64,000 nt of DNA. It comes from an uncultured Acidobacteriota bacterium (GTDB lineage Bacteria > Acidobacteriota > UBA6911). The position numbers and the translations under genes are program-made. Each line of letters starts with the position of its first letter. The first letter of the stretch is position 1. The stretch lies in contig CAWJKZ010000025.1 in assembly GCA_963843575.1 (NCBI GenBank), positions 128,001-192,000 on the forward strand, read 5' to 3'. Of this stretch, positions 27,196-36,863 are shown one piece after another. The notes under the pieces were generated by a model that saw only the letters and a program-made list of their open reading frames with translations, was not told the DNA's origin and ran no database searches.

Positions 27196-29907
27196 TCAGA
27201 TTCCAGGTTCAGAACAGTAGAACGCGGTTTCCGCCGGACGGAAAGGCCTCTGCAGCCAGAGCGGTCGTCTCAGGTTGCCTGGACCGGGAGCCGGGCGCGT
27301 CATGGCCAGCCACTCCCGATACACCTGGTACGATTTCTTTGTGTCCACCAGCACGTCGCCGTAGCGGTCGTCCGCGGCGGCAGGTACCAGCCGCACCTTT
27401 TGATGCCAGCAGTGCATCCCGCTGAGCGGGTCGGGGTGGGGTGCGAACGCCAGGTTCTGGTGCACTCCGGCGTCGCTCCACCAGATTCTCTTCGAGTCCG
27501 GGTCGTCGCTGGTGAACGGCTTCACACCCTCGATTTGACGCAGGAGCCAGACGCCGGGAGAGATCTCGTCGATGCGTGCGAGCGCCGAACACCAACGGTC
27601 GGTGCCAGAGAACTTGTCGAGGCGCCAGCGCCCGAGGTGGTGGGAGCACGCCACCACGCCGGGCCGGATCCCTTCGGTAACCCAGACACGGGCCACAAAA
27701 TAGCCAACCTCGGTGTTGACCCTGACGAGATCGCCCGTGCACAAGTTCAGCCGCGCCGCATCGCCGGTGTGGATCAAGAGCGGGTTTCTGTGCGAGATCT
27801 CCGCAAGCCACTTCGAGTTTCCCGACCGCGTGTGTATCAGGGTCGGCAGCCGGAAGGTTGGGATCAGGACATATTCGCCGCGTTCCCGGTCGAGCGTCTT
27901 CCAGTGGACGTGGCTTCGAATGTAGCCGGGGAGCGCGTGTTCTCCCCATCCCCAGTCCCTTAAGGTGGCGGAGTAAAGCTCGAGCTTGCGCGACGGGGTC
28001 GGGAAACCCGAGTCGATTTCCCCGGCGGGCGTGGCCTTCCGCGGAGGCCCATACACGTCTCGGTCGATTTCGAAGGCCCCGTACTTCCTCATGTATCCCA
28101 GGGGTGAAAGCCCCGCGCGGGCCGCGGCCTCCGGCAGCCCCGGGACGCTGTTTTCGAAAATCCAGCGATAATACTCTTCCACGGAAACCATCTGGCCGGG
28201 CCGGTACGGGGATTCGAAGTGAGGGCGGATCCCCAGGGCGCCACGGGGATCGATCCTCCACGAGAGGTTGATCCAGAACTCGTCCTCTTCCCAGACTTGG
28301 CCGGGATTGGCCTCGTGGGTGAATTCGAACGTGGCGCCCGCGCGCTCGCGCGCGACCCGGACCACCGGCTGCCGGAATGCGATCCAGCGTCCGGCGTGAG
28401 TCTCCTGGCTCTGCAGGTCGTGCCGTTCGCCGGCCAGCCCCATCGGAAGAACGTAGTCGGCAAGCCAGGCGGTTTCGCTCCAGACGGGGGTCAGGGCGGC
28501 GTGGAGCCCGACCTTTTCGGGGTCGCGGAGCACCTCCATCCAGGAGGCTCCATCCGGGTTCGTCCAGACGGGGTTGTAGGCGCGCGTGAAGTAGACTCCC
28601 AGCCGGCCGCGTCCTTCCTTCAGAAAATGCGGCAGCAGGAAGCTCATTTCGTGGTGGCTGAACGGGTATTCGGCTGGCCAGAGCAGATCGTTCCACTCCC
28701 TTTGCGGCTCCGGTCTTGTGAAAGGGGCCGGAACGAACTTGTTCCACGCGGCGGGGGAGGTCCCGCCAGGGGTCCCGATGCTGCCGGTCAGCACGTTGAG
28801 CAGAAGGAGAGCGCGCGCGACCTGCCAGCCTCCAAGGTTACCGCTGGCGGCGCTGCGCCACACGTGGCTCGAAAAGGCACTGCCGGCGCGGCCGATTTCC
28901 CGGGCGACCTCCGCGATCCTGGCTGCAGGGACCCCGCTCTCCTCTTCCGCGAACTCGGGGGTGAACGGTTGATAGACCTCGGCCAGGGCAGAGACGAAAG
29001 CACCGAAGTCCGCGCCCGGCCGGCCGCGGTCCTGCGCCATGAACTGCTCCCAGTTCGTCCAGCGGCGGACAAAGTCCTGGTCGAACAGGTTTTCGACGAG
29101 GAGGATGCGCGCCATCGCGAGCAGCACGGCAGCTTCGGTCCCCGGATAGGTCGGCATCCAGTAGTCGGCCATGCTGGCCGTGTTGGATAGTCGCGGATCC
29201 AGGACGGCCACTTTCGCGCCGCGGAGCTTCCCTTCGATGATCCTCTGCGCGTGCGGGTTGAAGTAGTGGCCGGCCTCCAGGTGCGAGCTGATCAGGAGTA
29301 TGAACCGGGCGTTGCTGTAATCGGGCGAAGGGCGGTCCAGGCCCTGCCAGAGGTCGTAGCCCAGGCGCGCCGCGGCGGAGCAGACGTTCGTGTGGCTGTT
29401 GTGACCATCGATGCCCCAAGACTGCAGGACGCGCTCCATGTAGCCGTCGTGCCCCGGCCGTCCGACGTGGTAGACGATCTCGTTGCGGCAGCCCTGCTCG
29501 AGCAACAAGCGGACCGCGTGGGAAATCTCGTCCAGCACCGTATCCCAGGACACTCGTTCCCACTTCCCCTCCCCGCGCCGGCCGGCGCGCTTGAGGGGGT
29601 AGAGGATTCGTTCCGGGTCCCGGATCTGGTTTACCGTCGCGGGACCTTTGGCGCAGTTACGGCCCCGGCTGGCCGGGTGATACGGGTTGCCCTCCATGCG
29701 CCGTACGGACCAATCCTCCTTATCGACGTAGGCCAGAAGGCCGCACGCGGCTTCGCAGTTGAAGCAGGTGGTCGGAACGACCGCGTAGTGCTTCTCGGTT
29801 CGCTTCGGCCAGTCCCTGGCCTCGAACTCGACCCAATCGTCCCACCGCTCCGGCGGGGGTACGCTTGCCAGCGGTGTCACCTGAACATCTGATCCGATAT
29901 CCTTCAT
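27196..29907 (-). CDS. Molybdopterin (Mo/W-bisPGD) oxidoreductase catalytic subunit
   Basis: CFNCEAAC...NCAKG [4Fe-4S] motif, RILYPLKR, HTNVCSA, DPRLSNTA, ADYVLP, C-terminal molybdopterin dinucleotide domain. Start at MKDIG, 2 bp after the upstream stop; no twin-arginine leader. Confidence 0.92.
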   Translation of the reverse strand: MKDIGSDVQVTPLASVPPPERWDDWVEFEARDWPKRTEKHYAVVPTTCFNCEAACGLLAYVDKEDWSVRRMEGNPYHPASRGRNCAKGPATVNQIRDPERILYPLKRAGRRGEGKWERVSWDTVLDEISHAVRLLLEQGCRNEIVYHVGRPGHDGYMERVLQSWGIDGHNSHTNVCSAAARLGYDLWQGLDRPSPDYSNARFILLISSHLEAGHYFNPHAQRIIEGKLRGAKVAVLDPRLSNTASMADYWMPTYPGTEAAVLLAMARILLVENLFDQDFVRRWTNWEQFMAQDRGRPGADFGAFVSALAEVYQPFTPEFAEEESGVPAARIAEVAREIGRAGSAFSSHVWRSAASGNLGGWQVARALLLLNVLTGSIGTPGGTSPAAWNKFVPAPFTRPEPQREWNDLLWPAEYPFSHHEMSFLLPHFLKEGRGRLGVYFTRAYNPVWTNPDGASWMEVLRDPEKVGLHAALTPVWSETAWLADYVLPMGLAGERHDLQSQETHAGRWIAFRQPVVRVARERAGATFEFTHEANPGQVWEEDEFWINLSWRIDPRGALGIRPHFESPYRPGQMVSVEEYYRWIFENSVPGLPEAAARAGLSPLGYMRKYGAFEIDRDVYGPPRKATPAGEIDSGFPTPSRKLELYSATLRDWGWGEHALPGYIRSHVHWKTLDRERGEYVLIPTFRLPTLIHTRSGNSKWLAEISHRNPLLIHTGDAARLNLCTGDLVRVNTEVGYFVARVWVTEGIRPGVVACSHHLGRWRLDKFSGTDRWCSALARIDEISPGVWLLRQIEGVKPFTSDDPDSKRIWWSDAGVHQNLAFAPHPDPLSGMHCWHQKVRLVPAAADDRYGDVLVDTKKSYQVYREWLAMTRPAPGPGNLRRPLWLQRPFRPAETAFYCSEPGI

Positions 29908-29909
29908 AG

Positions 29910-31436
29910 TCAACTCAGCGGGACCGATTGACCGGCTCGGATGTGGCAATCGTCGTAGGCCAGCAAGCCCGCCAACGACAGGAAGCCCGACAACAGGGCG
30001 ATCCCACGCCCGGACAGCGTACCCGAAAAGAGCAGGCAAAGCAGGTAAATGGGGAGGGCGGTGCCGAGAAGGACGCCTCCGGCCCAAAACCGCGCCGCGA
30101 GGGGGCCCGAGGTCAGGTACCGGACGGCACGCCGCACGCCGGGCCCGTGGCGCGGCAGCAGGATCTCCAGCAACACCGCGGTACCGTGGGCGCAAAGCCC
30201 TGCGAGGACGCACCGCAGCAGCAAGGTGGCCGCCACTCCCCCCGCACCCAGCATAAGGGCCGCACACGAAAGCAGGGCCGCCCCCGCAAGGAATGCCTGG
30301 ACGACTAAGTGGGGTATAAGCAGAGGCGAGGACCACAACTCGCGCCCGCGCGCCTGGCGGAGTAGGGCACCGGAGTAGCCTGCGGCCATCACCGCCAGAA
30401 CCAGGCCCGCCCAGAGCAGCGCGCCGGGCAGGGGCCGCAGCGGGGGATGCAGGCCCGCGGCGAGCCACGCGAGGGCGGTCCCGGAATAGGCGAGGAGGAT
30501 AAAAGCGCCCCAGACAAGCCACGACCGCAGGTTGCGGTGCGTCAGCACCTTCAGGAAGCGCTCCGGGCGCTCCAGGTCGGCGACGAGCAGCAGCACGGTG
30601 GCGAGCGTGAAGCCCAGGGCCAGCGTCGGGGCCAAGCGTTCGAACAGGGCCGAAACTCGCAGGAAACCCGACAGCGTCAGCAGCGCCCCGACCAGCAAAG
30701 GGCCCGCGGCCAGCGATTTCGTCCAGAGATACAGCGACACCAGGGTGCCCCAAGGTTTCTCGTGAGCGACGTCGTATGTCGTTCGGGCCGGAAGCGCCTC
30801 CTCAGATCGGTGCTCGGTCCGCAACTCCTCGCGCGGTCTTTCCGCCCAAAGATAGGCCAGGTCGCGCGGTGCCTCGAGCGGTCGCAACGCAGCCGGCTCC
30901 CCCCCGACATAGAACACCTTGGGCCGGGTGCGCATTTCAGGCTTGCGCACCAGAACGGGCAATGTGGCCTTGAGCTGCGCGATGCGGCTCGACGGGTCGA
31001 GGGTGTCCCCGGCCACGATGGCGAGCTCCGGGCAGACAGACACGCAGGCCGGTTCCAGCCCCACTTCGATCTTGTGCGCGCAATAGTTGCACTTCGCCGC
31101 CGTTTCCGTGTCGGGATCGATATAGAGGGCATCGTACGGACACGCCGCCATGCAGGACCTGCACCCGATGCAGTCCCTCCGGTCGAAGTCGACGATCCCG
31201 TCAGCTCGGTGGAACAGGGCGCGGGTGGGGCAGATGTTGACGCACGGGGCGTCCCCGCAATGGTTGCACCGCAAGACGGTGAAGGAGCGCCGCACGTCGG
31301 GGAAGACGTCCTTCTCCACGTATTTCACCCACGTGCGGAAACTGCCGAGTGCGACGTCGTGCTCCGACTTGCACGCCACCGTGCACGCGTGGCAGCCGAT
31401 GCAGCGCCGGTTGTCGATGACGAATCCGTATTCCAT
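29910..31436 (-). CDS. Fused 4x[4Fe-4S] ferredoxin and NrfD/PsrC membrane anchor
   Basis: CIGCHACTVAC, CNHCGDAPCVNICP, CIGCRSCMAACP, KCNYC...PACVSVCP, then PWG..VSLYLW, DLERPERF and about 8 TM helices. Start at MEYGF. Confidence 0.92.
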   Translation of the reverse strand: MEYGFVIDNRRCIGCHACTVACKSEHDVALGSFRTWVKYVEKDVFPDVRRSFTVLRCNHCGDAPCVNICPTRALFHRADGIVDFDRRDCIGCRSCMAACPYDALYIDPDTETAAKCNYCAHKIEVGLEPACVSVCPELAIVAGDTLDPSSRIAQLKATLPVLVRKPEMRTRPKVFYVGGEPAALRPLEAPRDLAYLWAERPREELRTEHRSEEALPARTTYDVAHEKPWGTLVSLYLWTKSLAAGPLLVGALLTLSGFLRVSALFERLAPTLALGFTLATVLLLVADLERPERFLKVLTHRNLRSWLVWGAFILLAYSGTALAWLAAGLHPPLRPLPGALLWAGLVLAVMAAGYSGALLRQARGRELWSSPLLIPHLVVQAFLAGAALLSCAALMLGAGGVAATLLLRCVLAGLCAHGTAVLLEILLPRHGPGVRRAVRYLTSGPLAARFWAGGVLLGTALPIYLLCLLFSGTLSGRGIALLSGFLSLAGLLAYDDCHIRAGQSVPLS

Positions 31437-31493
31437 TCTGGGCGGGAGTCTAACCGGAGGGAGGGGCAAAAAACAAGAACCGGCGTCCCGGCA

Positions 31494-31630
31494 TGTGGAG
31501 TGCGGCGGCTCGACGCCGCTTTGGCGGTGGCGCATCGGCGCCACCACGGGCCGGAGACGCGGCGCCGAGGCGCCGGGCATTCCGGCCCTGGGAGCCGTGC
31601 AAAAGCGGCGCCGAGGCGCCGCACTCCAAA
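31494..31630. repeat. Inverted REP pair (REPIN/BIME-like)
   Basis: TGTGGAGTGCGGCGGCTCGACGCCGCTTTGG (31494-31524) and inverted CAAAAGCGGCGCCGAGGCGCCGCACTCCAAA (31600-31630). Confidence 0.7.
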
Positions 31631-31636
31631 GGGCCC

Positions 31637-32152
31637 TCAGAAGGGAGGCGAGGCACTGTGGTAAGGAGGGGTCTGCCGGATGACGCCTCCCGCGCCCACC
31701 ACGACATCGACCCTGGCAAGCTCACGGTTGATGAGCTTCGCCCGGCCCGAAGAACCGTTGCCGGTGGCCACAACATTCCCCGTGGGCGTGAAACTCACGT
31801 AGCCGCCCGGAAAGGTGATCCCCGCCCCTGAATCCACGCTGTTCCATGTCACGTTCGGAGGGAGCGTGAAAGGTCCGGCGATGACGTTCCCCGCGCTCGA
31901 TTCCACCTGGAAGATATTGCCTGAAGGGAAAGAGACACGGAACGACTCGTTGCTGCTCACGGATTTCATGCGTGCGAACTGCATTTGGCTGGTCACCGCC
32001 TGTGCGGCAAGCGTGAGCCGGTAGCCGTTCATGACGGTGGTTACCACGGGAACCGCGATACCCAGCACGATGAAGGCCCCGCCGAGCACCATACCGAGTT
32101 CGATCAGGGAAAACCCGGCCTGCCGGCCGGATGCCAAAGTGCGTCGAGACAT
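31637..32152 (-). CDS. Prepilin-type N-terminal methylation protein (FimT/GspH-like minor pilin)
   Basis: Class III signal RQAG|FSLIEL with Glu at +5, followed by a hydrophobic helix; QFARMKSV. Confidence 0.88.
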   Translation of the reverse strand: MSRRTLASGRQAGFSLIELGMVLGGAFIVLGIAVPVVTTVMNGYRLTLAAQAVTSQMQFARMKSVSSNESFRVSFPSGNIFQVESSAGNVIAGPFTLPPNVTWNSVDSGAGITFPGGYVSFTPTGNVVATGNGSSGRAKLINRELARVDVVVGAGGVIRQTPPYHSASPPF

Positions 32153-32155
32153 GCC

Positions 32156-33382
32156 TCACCTGCCGTTTCTTCCGCTGGCGGTGGCCGGGGGAACGCCATG
32201 CGGCATTTGGGAATTTGGCGACTCGGGAACGACGTGTTCGGGATCGGCGTAGCGGTCCGGCTCCGGGCCGGCCTCGACGGTCGCCATGCGGCGCGTCTTT
32301 GCGGTCACACCGCGCCTTATTGCCCTCCACTCGTCCGGGGTGATCTCCAGGAAGGCGGTCACGACCTTCGGGTCGAGCTGGATGCCGGCTGCAGACTCGA
32401 TCTCCCTTCGGGCCACTTCGAAGGTAGAGGCCTGGCGGAAGGGACGGATCGAGGTCATGCAATCCAACGTGTCGGCGACCGCGAAAATGCGGGCTCCCAA
32501 CTCGATGTCCTCCCCCTTGAGGCCCGCAGGGTAGCCGCCGCCGTCGAACCTCTCGTGGTGCTGGAGCACCAACCGCGCCGGACGCTGGAGGAAGTTGATC
32601 CCCGAAAGGATTCGGTAACCGATCTCCGGGTGTTTGCGCATCAGGACCCACTCGGCTTCCGTCAGGGCGTCTCCTTTGCGGAGAAGCTCGTCGGGCACGC
32701 CGATCTTGCCGATGTCGTGCAGAAGCGCCGCTTGCTCGATGACCCTGAGCTCCCCCTCCTCCACGCCGAGCTGGCGGGCAAGCCGCACCGCATAGGTCGT
32801 CACCCGGACCGAGTGAAGATCGGCGTCGGCGTCACGGCTGTCGAGCGCCGCGCCGAGCGCCAGCAGCGTCGAGTGGTAGGTGTGCTGAAGTTCCTCGAGC
32901 GTCTCCTTGAGCTGCCGCGTGCGGCTGGCGACCTGCTCCTCCAGGCTCTTCTGGTACCGTCGGTTCTCGACCAACAGCCGCCTCTTCTCCAGCGCACGCG
33001 CCACGCTGATGGACACTTCCTCAAGGCTGAACGGCTTCGTCACGTAGTCGTAGGCCCCGTCCTTCAGGGCCCCCACGGCCGTCTCGATGTCCGTCACCGA
33101 CGTGACCAGGACTACCGCGAGATCCGGGCAGTAATGCTGCGCCTCCTTCAGCAGAGCGATCCCGTCCGCCCCGGGCAACCTGAGGTCAGTGACCAGAAGA
33201 TCGAAGTGGGTCGATCGGAGGAGCGTCAGGCCGGCTTCGGCGTCTTCAGCCGAAGAGGCTGCGTACCCCAACTGGTTCATCTTGCGGACAAGAATCTCCC
33301 GCACGATGACCTCGCCATCGACGACCAGGATGCGGCTAGCCCGGACGTGGGGAGCCTCCAACGGATTGCCTGCCGTAGACAT
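32156..33382 (-). CDS. Response regulator with HD-GYP phosphodiesterase domain
   Basis: REC (LLVTDLRLPG, GAYDYVTKPF) plus HDIGKIG, HHERFDGGGYP, RIFAVAD. Confidence 0.93.
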   Translation of the reverse strand: MSTAGNPLEAPHVRASRILVVDGEVIVREILVRKMNQLGYAASSAEDAEAGLTLLRSTHFDLLVTDLRLPGADGIALLKEAQHYCPDLAVVLVTSVTDIETAVGALKDGAYDYVTKPFSLEEVSISVARALEKRRLLVENRRYQKSLEEQVASRTRQLKETLEELQHTYHSTLLALGAALDSRDADADLHSVRVTTYAVRLARQLGVEEGELRVIEQAALLHDIGKIGVPDELLRKGDALTEAEWVLMRKHPEIGYRILSGINFLQRPARLVLQHHERFDGGGYPAGLKGEDIELGARIFAVADTLDCMTSIRPFRQASTFEVARREIESAAGIQLDPKVVTAFLEITPDEWRAIRRGVTAKTRRMATVEAGPEPDRYADPEHVVPESPNSQMPHGVPPATASGRNGR

Positions 33383-33467
33383 AAACCGCACTCTGCTCGG
33401 ACGCAAAGATGCCGACGCACACGACACCGGCGGCTGTTGGCATCCTTATCGGCGGCGCGTGTCCGGG

Positions 33468-34628
33468 TCAGAAGCCCTTTTTTGTGTCTTTTAGGGTGCA
33501 GCCGGGGGGTCCCGCTTGGACCTCGGGTTCGGGCGGCTTGACGCGACCATCCATCATCCCGGAGAGGTGCAGCGTATCGAGCGGGGCCTCGCCCATCGCC
33601 TCCTGCCAGACGATCCGGCTCTCCATGCAGAGATAGACGAGGACGCCTGGGGCGAATTCCCGCATCCACTCGCCCATGCGCTCGTATATTTCCTGCCGCA
33701 TGGGCCGGAAATAGCGAAGCTTCCCGTGGTGCGCGGGGACGAGTTCCCCGTACGGGATCCTGGACTTCGGGAACCGCCGCCGGGCGATCTCTCTCAACTG
33801 GGGCGTGAAGCGCAGCGCCCCGAGGCTAACCCACGCCACCCGGGACGGGTCCACGGCCGTGAAGATGTCCTTTACCGCCTGCCGGTATTCCTGCTCCCAG
33901 CCCTCGTAGTGCACGATGGGATCGAAGTGGAACCCCACCGGGTAGCCCCATTGCTGAACCCGGCGGGCAGCCTCGATCCGCTCTTCGAGGCCTGCTGCCT
34001 TCAGTTCCTCGGCACCGCAGATCCGCCTGGAGTTCACCGACCAGGAGACGACGGTGCGCCCGCGGTGCTCGAGACCCTCGAGATTATCTATGCGGTCGGA
34101 TTTGGTCTTGAGCTCGAGGACGGCGTTGGGCAGAGAGGAAAAGAGCGACACCAGCCGGATGGAATAGCCGGTGAGATCGTCCAAGGCAAGGGAATCGGCC
34201 GTCTCGCCGGTGCCGATCCGGAAAAAGCCGCTGGGAGCGGCCGAGAGCTTGTCCCGCACCTCGGCCTCCAGGTCTCGGAAATTGGTGAACACGACAAGGG
34301 ACGGGTTGTTGAGGAAGGCCTGGAGCACGCAGTAGGTGCACTCGATGTGGCAGTTCGAGGCAAAGTTCAGGACGTGGTAGTTACAGCATATCTCGGCCCC
34401 GGAGCCCGGACAAGGTTTCAGGAATTCTCCCTTGTGACGCGCCAGCACGAGCGTGCGCTTTCCGGAAGCCCGCGGGTCAGAACCGCGATGGAGTTCCGGC
34501 TGGATAGATTCGGGGTTCTCCACGGTCTGGACCGGGATGCCGGGGAGCCGGCCTACGATTTCCGAGGTGATCTCGTCGGCCCGGGCATCGGCCGAGATTA
34601 TGATCCTGTCGGGTCGATAGGGAAGCAT
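33468..34628 (-). CDS. Spore photoproduct lyase-like radical SAM protein
   Basis: NCHIECTYC (CxxxCxxC), RIGTGE.ADSL, ELKTKS, SWSVN, GFHFDPI, LRYFRPMR, YLCME. Confidence 0.85.
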   Translation of the reverse strand: MLPYRPDRIIISADARADEITSEIVGRLPGIPVQTVENPESIQPELHRGSDPRASGKRTLVLARHKGEFLKPCPGSGAEICCNYHVLNFASNCHIECTYCVLQAFLNNPSLVVFTNFRDLEAEVRDKLSAAPSGFFRIGTGETADSLALDDLTGYSIRLVSLFSSLPNAVLELKTKSDRIDNLEGLEHRGRTVVSWSVNSRRICGAEELKAAGLEERIEAARRVQQWGYPVGFHFDPIVHYEGWEQEYRQAVKDIFTAVDPSRVAWVSLGALRFTPQLREIARRRFPKSRIPYGELVPAHHGKLRYFRPMRQEIYERMGEWMREFAPGVLVYLCMESRIVWQEAMGEAPLDTLHLSGMMDGRVKPPEPEVQAGPPGCTLKDTKKGF

Positions 34629-34630
34629 CG

Positions 34631-35588
34631 CTAGACCGTTTTGAACAGGGCGTCGAGCGCCGGGTTGGCGGCGGCTTCCGCCAGGGCGGAAGCGAGTTCA
34701 CGGAAAGAGTCGGCCGAGGAGGTCTCGAACTCCACCCGAACGCGCGCAGTTTCGAAATAGGGTTCGGGAGAAAGCCGGACGCAGCCCGGCAGGCCGAGGC
34801 GGCTCCTCTCGAGTGCGAAGCGCTCGTGCGCGCGTGTGAGGCGGGGATGGCGTTCCCGGTAAAGATGCTGATACACCTTCTCGCCGCGCTGGAACGGAGA
34901 GAGATGAGGCTCTTCGCAGAGGCGGACGATCTCGGGCCGCTGCAGGATCAGGGCCGGAGCGCAGGCGTCGGCCGCCGCGGTTTCCTCGAGGAGGTCCAGG
35001 GTCTGCCGCTGCAGGCTGGCGCTCAACCTGATCCGCTCCAGCAGCGCGGCCGCCTGCCGTTGGTCGGCCGGCGTCATGACCGCAAGCCGTTCGGCCGACG
35101 GCACCGTGATCCGTCCTTCCCGCAGCGCATCGCGGAGCCCGGGCACGAGGCCGTTCAGCCGCAGGTACGACCGCAACACATTCTTGTGCGCGGGGAGCCC
35201 CAGCACGGGGAGCCAGCGGTCCACCAGCTCTACCTCGGGGACGGCACACGTCCCCTGTAGCGTCGCCAGCGTTCGGGCGATTTCCAGCACCGTGAGGGTG
35301 CGGTGCGCCAGATTGTCCCAGACCGCGGTGTGAAACAGGGTGAGGGGCTCCGCCCCCGGCAGGAGGCGAGAGAGAATCCGCCCGCAGCCGATACGCTGCA
35401 ACGCGCGCACGCGACGAAAGCCGGTCACGACCCTGAAACCCGGCCGGCGCCTCAACAAGGAGAACGGGATTGAGCTGGCCAGCCTCCGACAGGGAACGCT
35501 GCAGAAGCTCCGACTCCAACTCGTCGCTGATGCGGAATGTTTCGTCGGTGCGATCGACCGACTCCGGCGCGATTTCCTCGAACATCAT
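34631..35588 (-). CDS. ParB/Srx-like N-terminal domain protein; frameshifted near 35437
   Basis: SL...GQLNPVLL in one frame, then VVTGFRRV arginine patch and WDNL...LTVLEIAR helical region in the next frame. Extra T in a T run. Confidence 0.75.
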
Positions 35589-35850
35589 GCACGGAGCATA
35601 ACACGCCGCCTCGGCAATTCAGACACCGGCACCGGGATGAGTGCCCGTCCGACTTTCCGACGGGTGCGCTGCCGAAACCCTTGTCCGGGGCGCGGTCCGC
35701 GGGCCAGCGTCCCTGCCGCGGTCACCCTATTTGACTACTGGTTCGGTTGTAGTATATAAGCATTAACGCTCAATCCGAATCGGGTGTAGTCTTCGGGTGA
35801 CAGGAGTGTCGCCTGTCAGCGAACGACGCGTGCTCAGTAAAGGAGCCGGC

Positions 35851-36858
35851 ATGAAGTGCGAATCTGGATTTCATATGTGGCCGATCGCCACCGTTCTGAC
35901 CCTTGCCCTGTTCTGCTCGTTGCAGTCGCAGCCCGTTTTCGGCCAGGATCAGGAACCAAAATACACACAGGAAGAATACAAGGCCTATCAGGACATCACC
36001 GCCGAGAATGACACCGCGAAAAAGGTCGGGCTGGCGGTGAGTTTTCTCAAGCAGTACCCGAAGTCGGAACTGCGCCAGCACGTGGGTGCCGCCTTCGCGG
36101 CGGCCGTGAGCCCGCTGCAGAAAAGCCAGCAGTGGTCGCAGATCATAAACCTGGCGGAGCCCTACGCCGCCGTCGCCCCGGACGACACCTTCGCCATGTC
36201 GTTGCTGACCAACGCCTATCAGCAGACGAAGGGCTATTCGAGGTTCGTCGTGTTCGGCGAGAAGGTGTACGCCAGGCAGCCCAGCGGCAACCTGGCGTAT
36301 TACCTGGCAAAGGCCTACCAGGAACTGGGGAACGACCAGAAGTTCACGTTTTGGGGGGAGAAGACCGTCTCCCAGATGCCCGACAACCATGAGATCCTGG
36401 TGGAGTTGACGCGGAAATTCGCCCAGGCAAAGAGAAACGCCGAGGCAGGCAAGTACGCCGGCCTGTGCATCAAGGCGATGACGCAGGCGAAGAAGCCGGA
36501 AGGAACCGCGGACACGGCATGGGCTTCGTACAGGAGCGCCTCCCTCGCCACCTGCTACGCGGTCGCGGGCAACGTGGCCTACGAGAAGAACGATTACGCC
36601 GGCGCTATCGCCAACCTGGAGAACTCCGTCCGGAACTACAAGCGCAACGATCTGGCGTACTACTACCTGGGGCTGTCGTACTGGCAGCAGAACAAGGTGG
36701 ACGTCGCGATGCTGAACCTGGCAAAGGCGTTTCTTCTGAAGGGGAACGCATCCGCCTCGGCGAAGCAGCATCTCGACAACCTGTACAAATCGACCCACGG
36801 ACAATCGCTGGTCGGTCAGGACAGGGTATTGGCCCGTGCGCAGCAAGACCTGAAGTAA
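35851..36858 (+). CDS. Secreted tetratricopeptide-repeat protein
   Basis: AAGGAG RBS; signal peptide; FLKQYPKS; TPR-like helices (AYYYLGLSYW, AMLNLAKA). Confidence 0.8.
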   Translation: MKCESGFHMWPIATVLTLALFCSLQSQPVFGQDQEPKYTQEEYKAYQDITAENDTAKKVGLAVSFLKQYPKSELRQHVGAAFAAAVSPLQKSQQWSQIINLAEPYAAVAPDDTFAMSLLTNAYQQTKGYSRFVVFGEKVYARQPSGNLAYYLAKAYQELGNDQKFTFWGEKTVSQMPDNHEILVELTRKFAQAKRNAEAGKYAGLCIKAMTQAKKPEGTADTAWASYRSASLATCYAVAGNVAYEKNDYAGAIANLENSVRNYKRNDLAYYYLGLSYWQQNKVDVAMLNLAKAFLLKGNASASAKQHLDNLYKSTHGQSLVGQDRVLARAQQDLK

Positions 36859-36863
36859 CCGCC

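Noticed and set aside
29908-30753. N-terminal extension of the 1185-aa molybdoenzyme ORF
   Set aside because: It is an Arg/Pro-rich alternative frame of the NrfD gene; recognisable sequence starts at MKDIG (29907).
31494-31630. Possible CRISPR array among the repeats
   Set aside because: Repeats are inverted or dispersed, with no regular repeat-spacer period and no cas genes.
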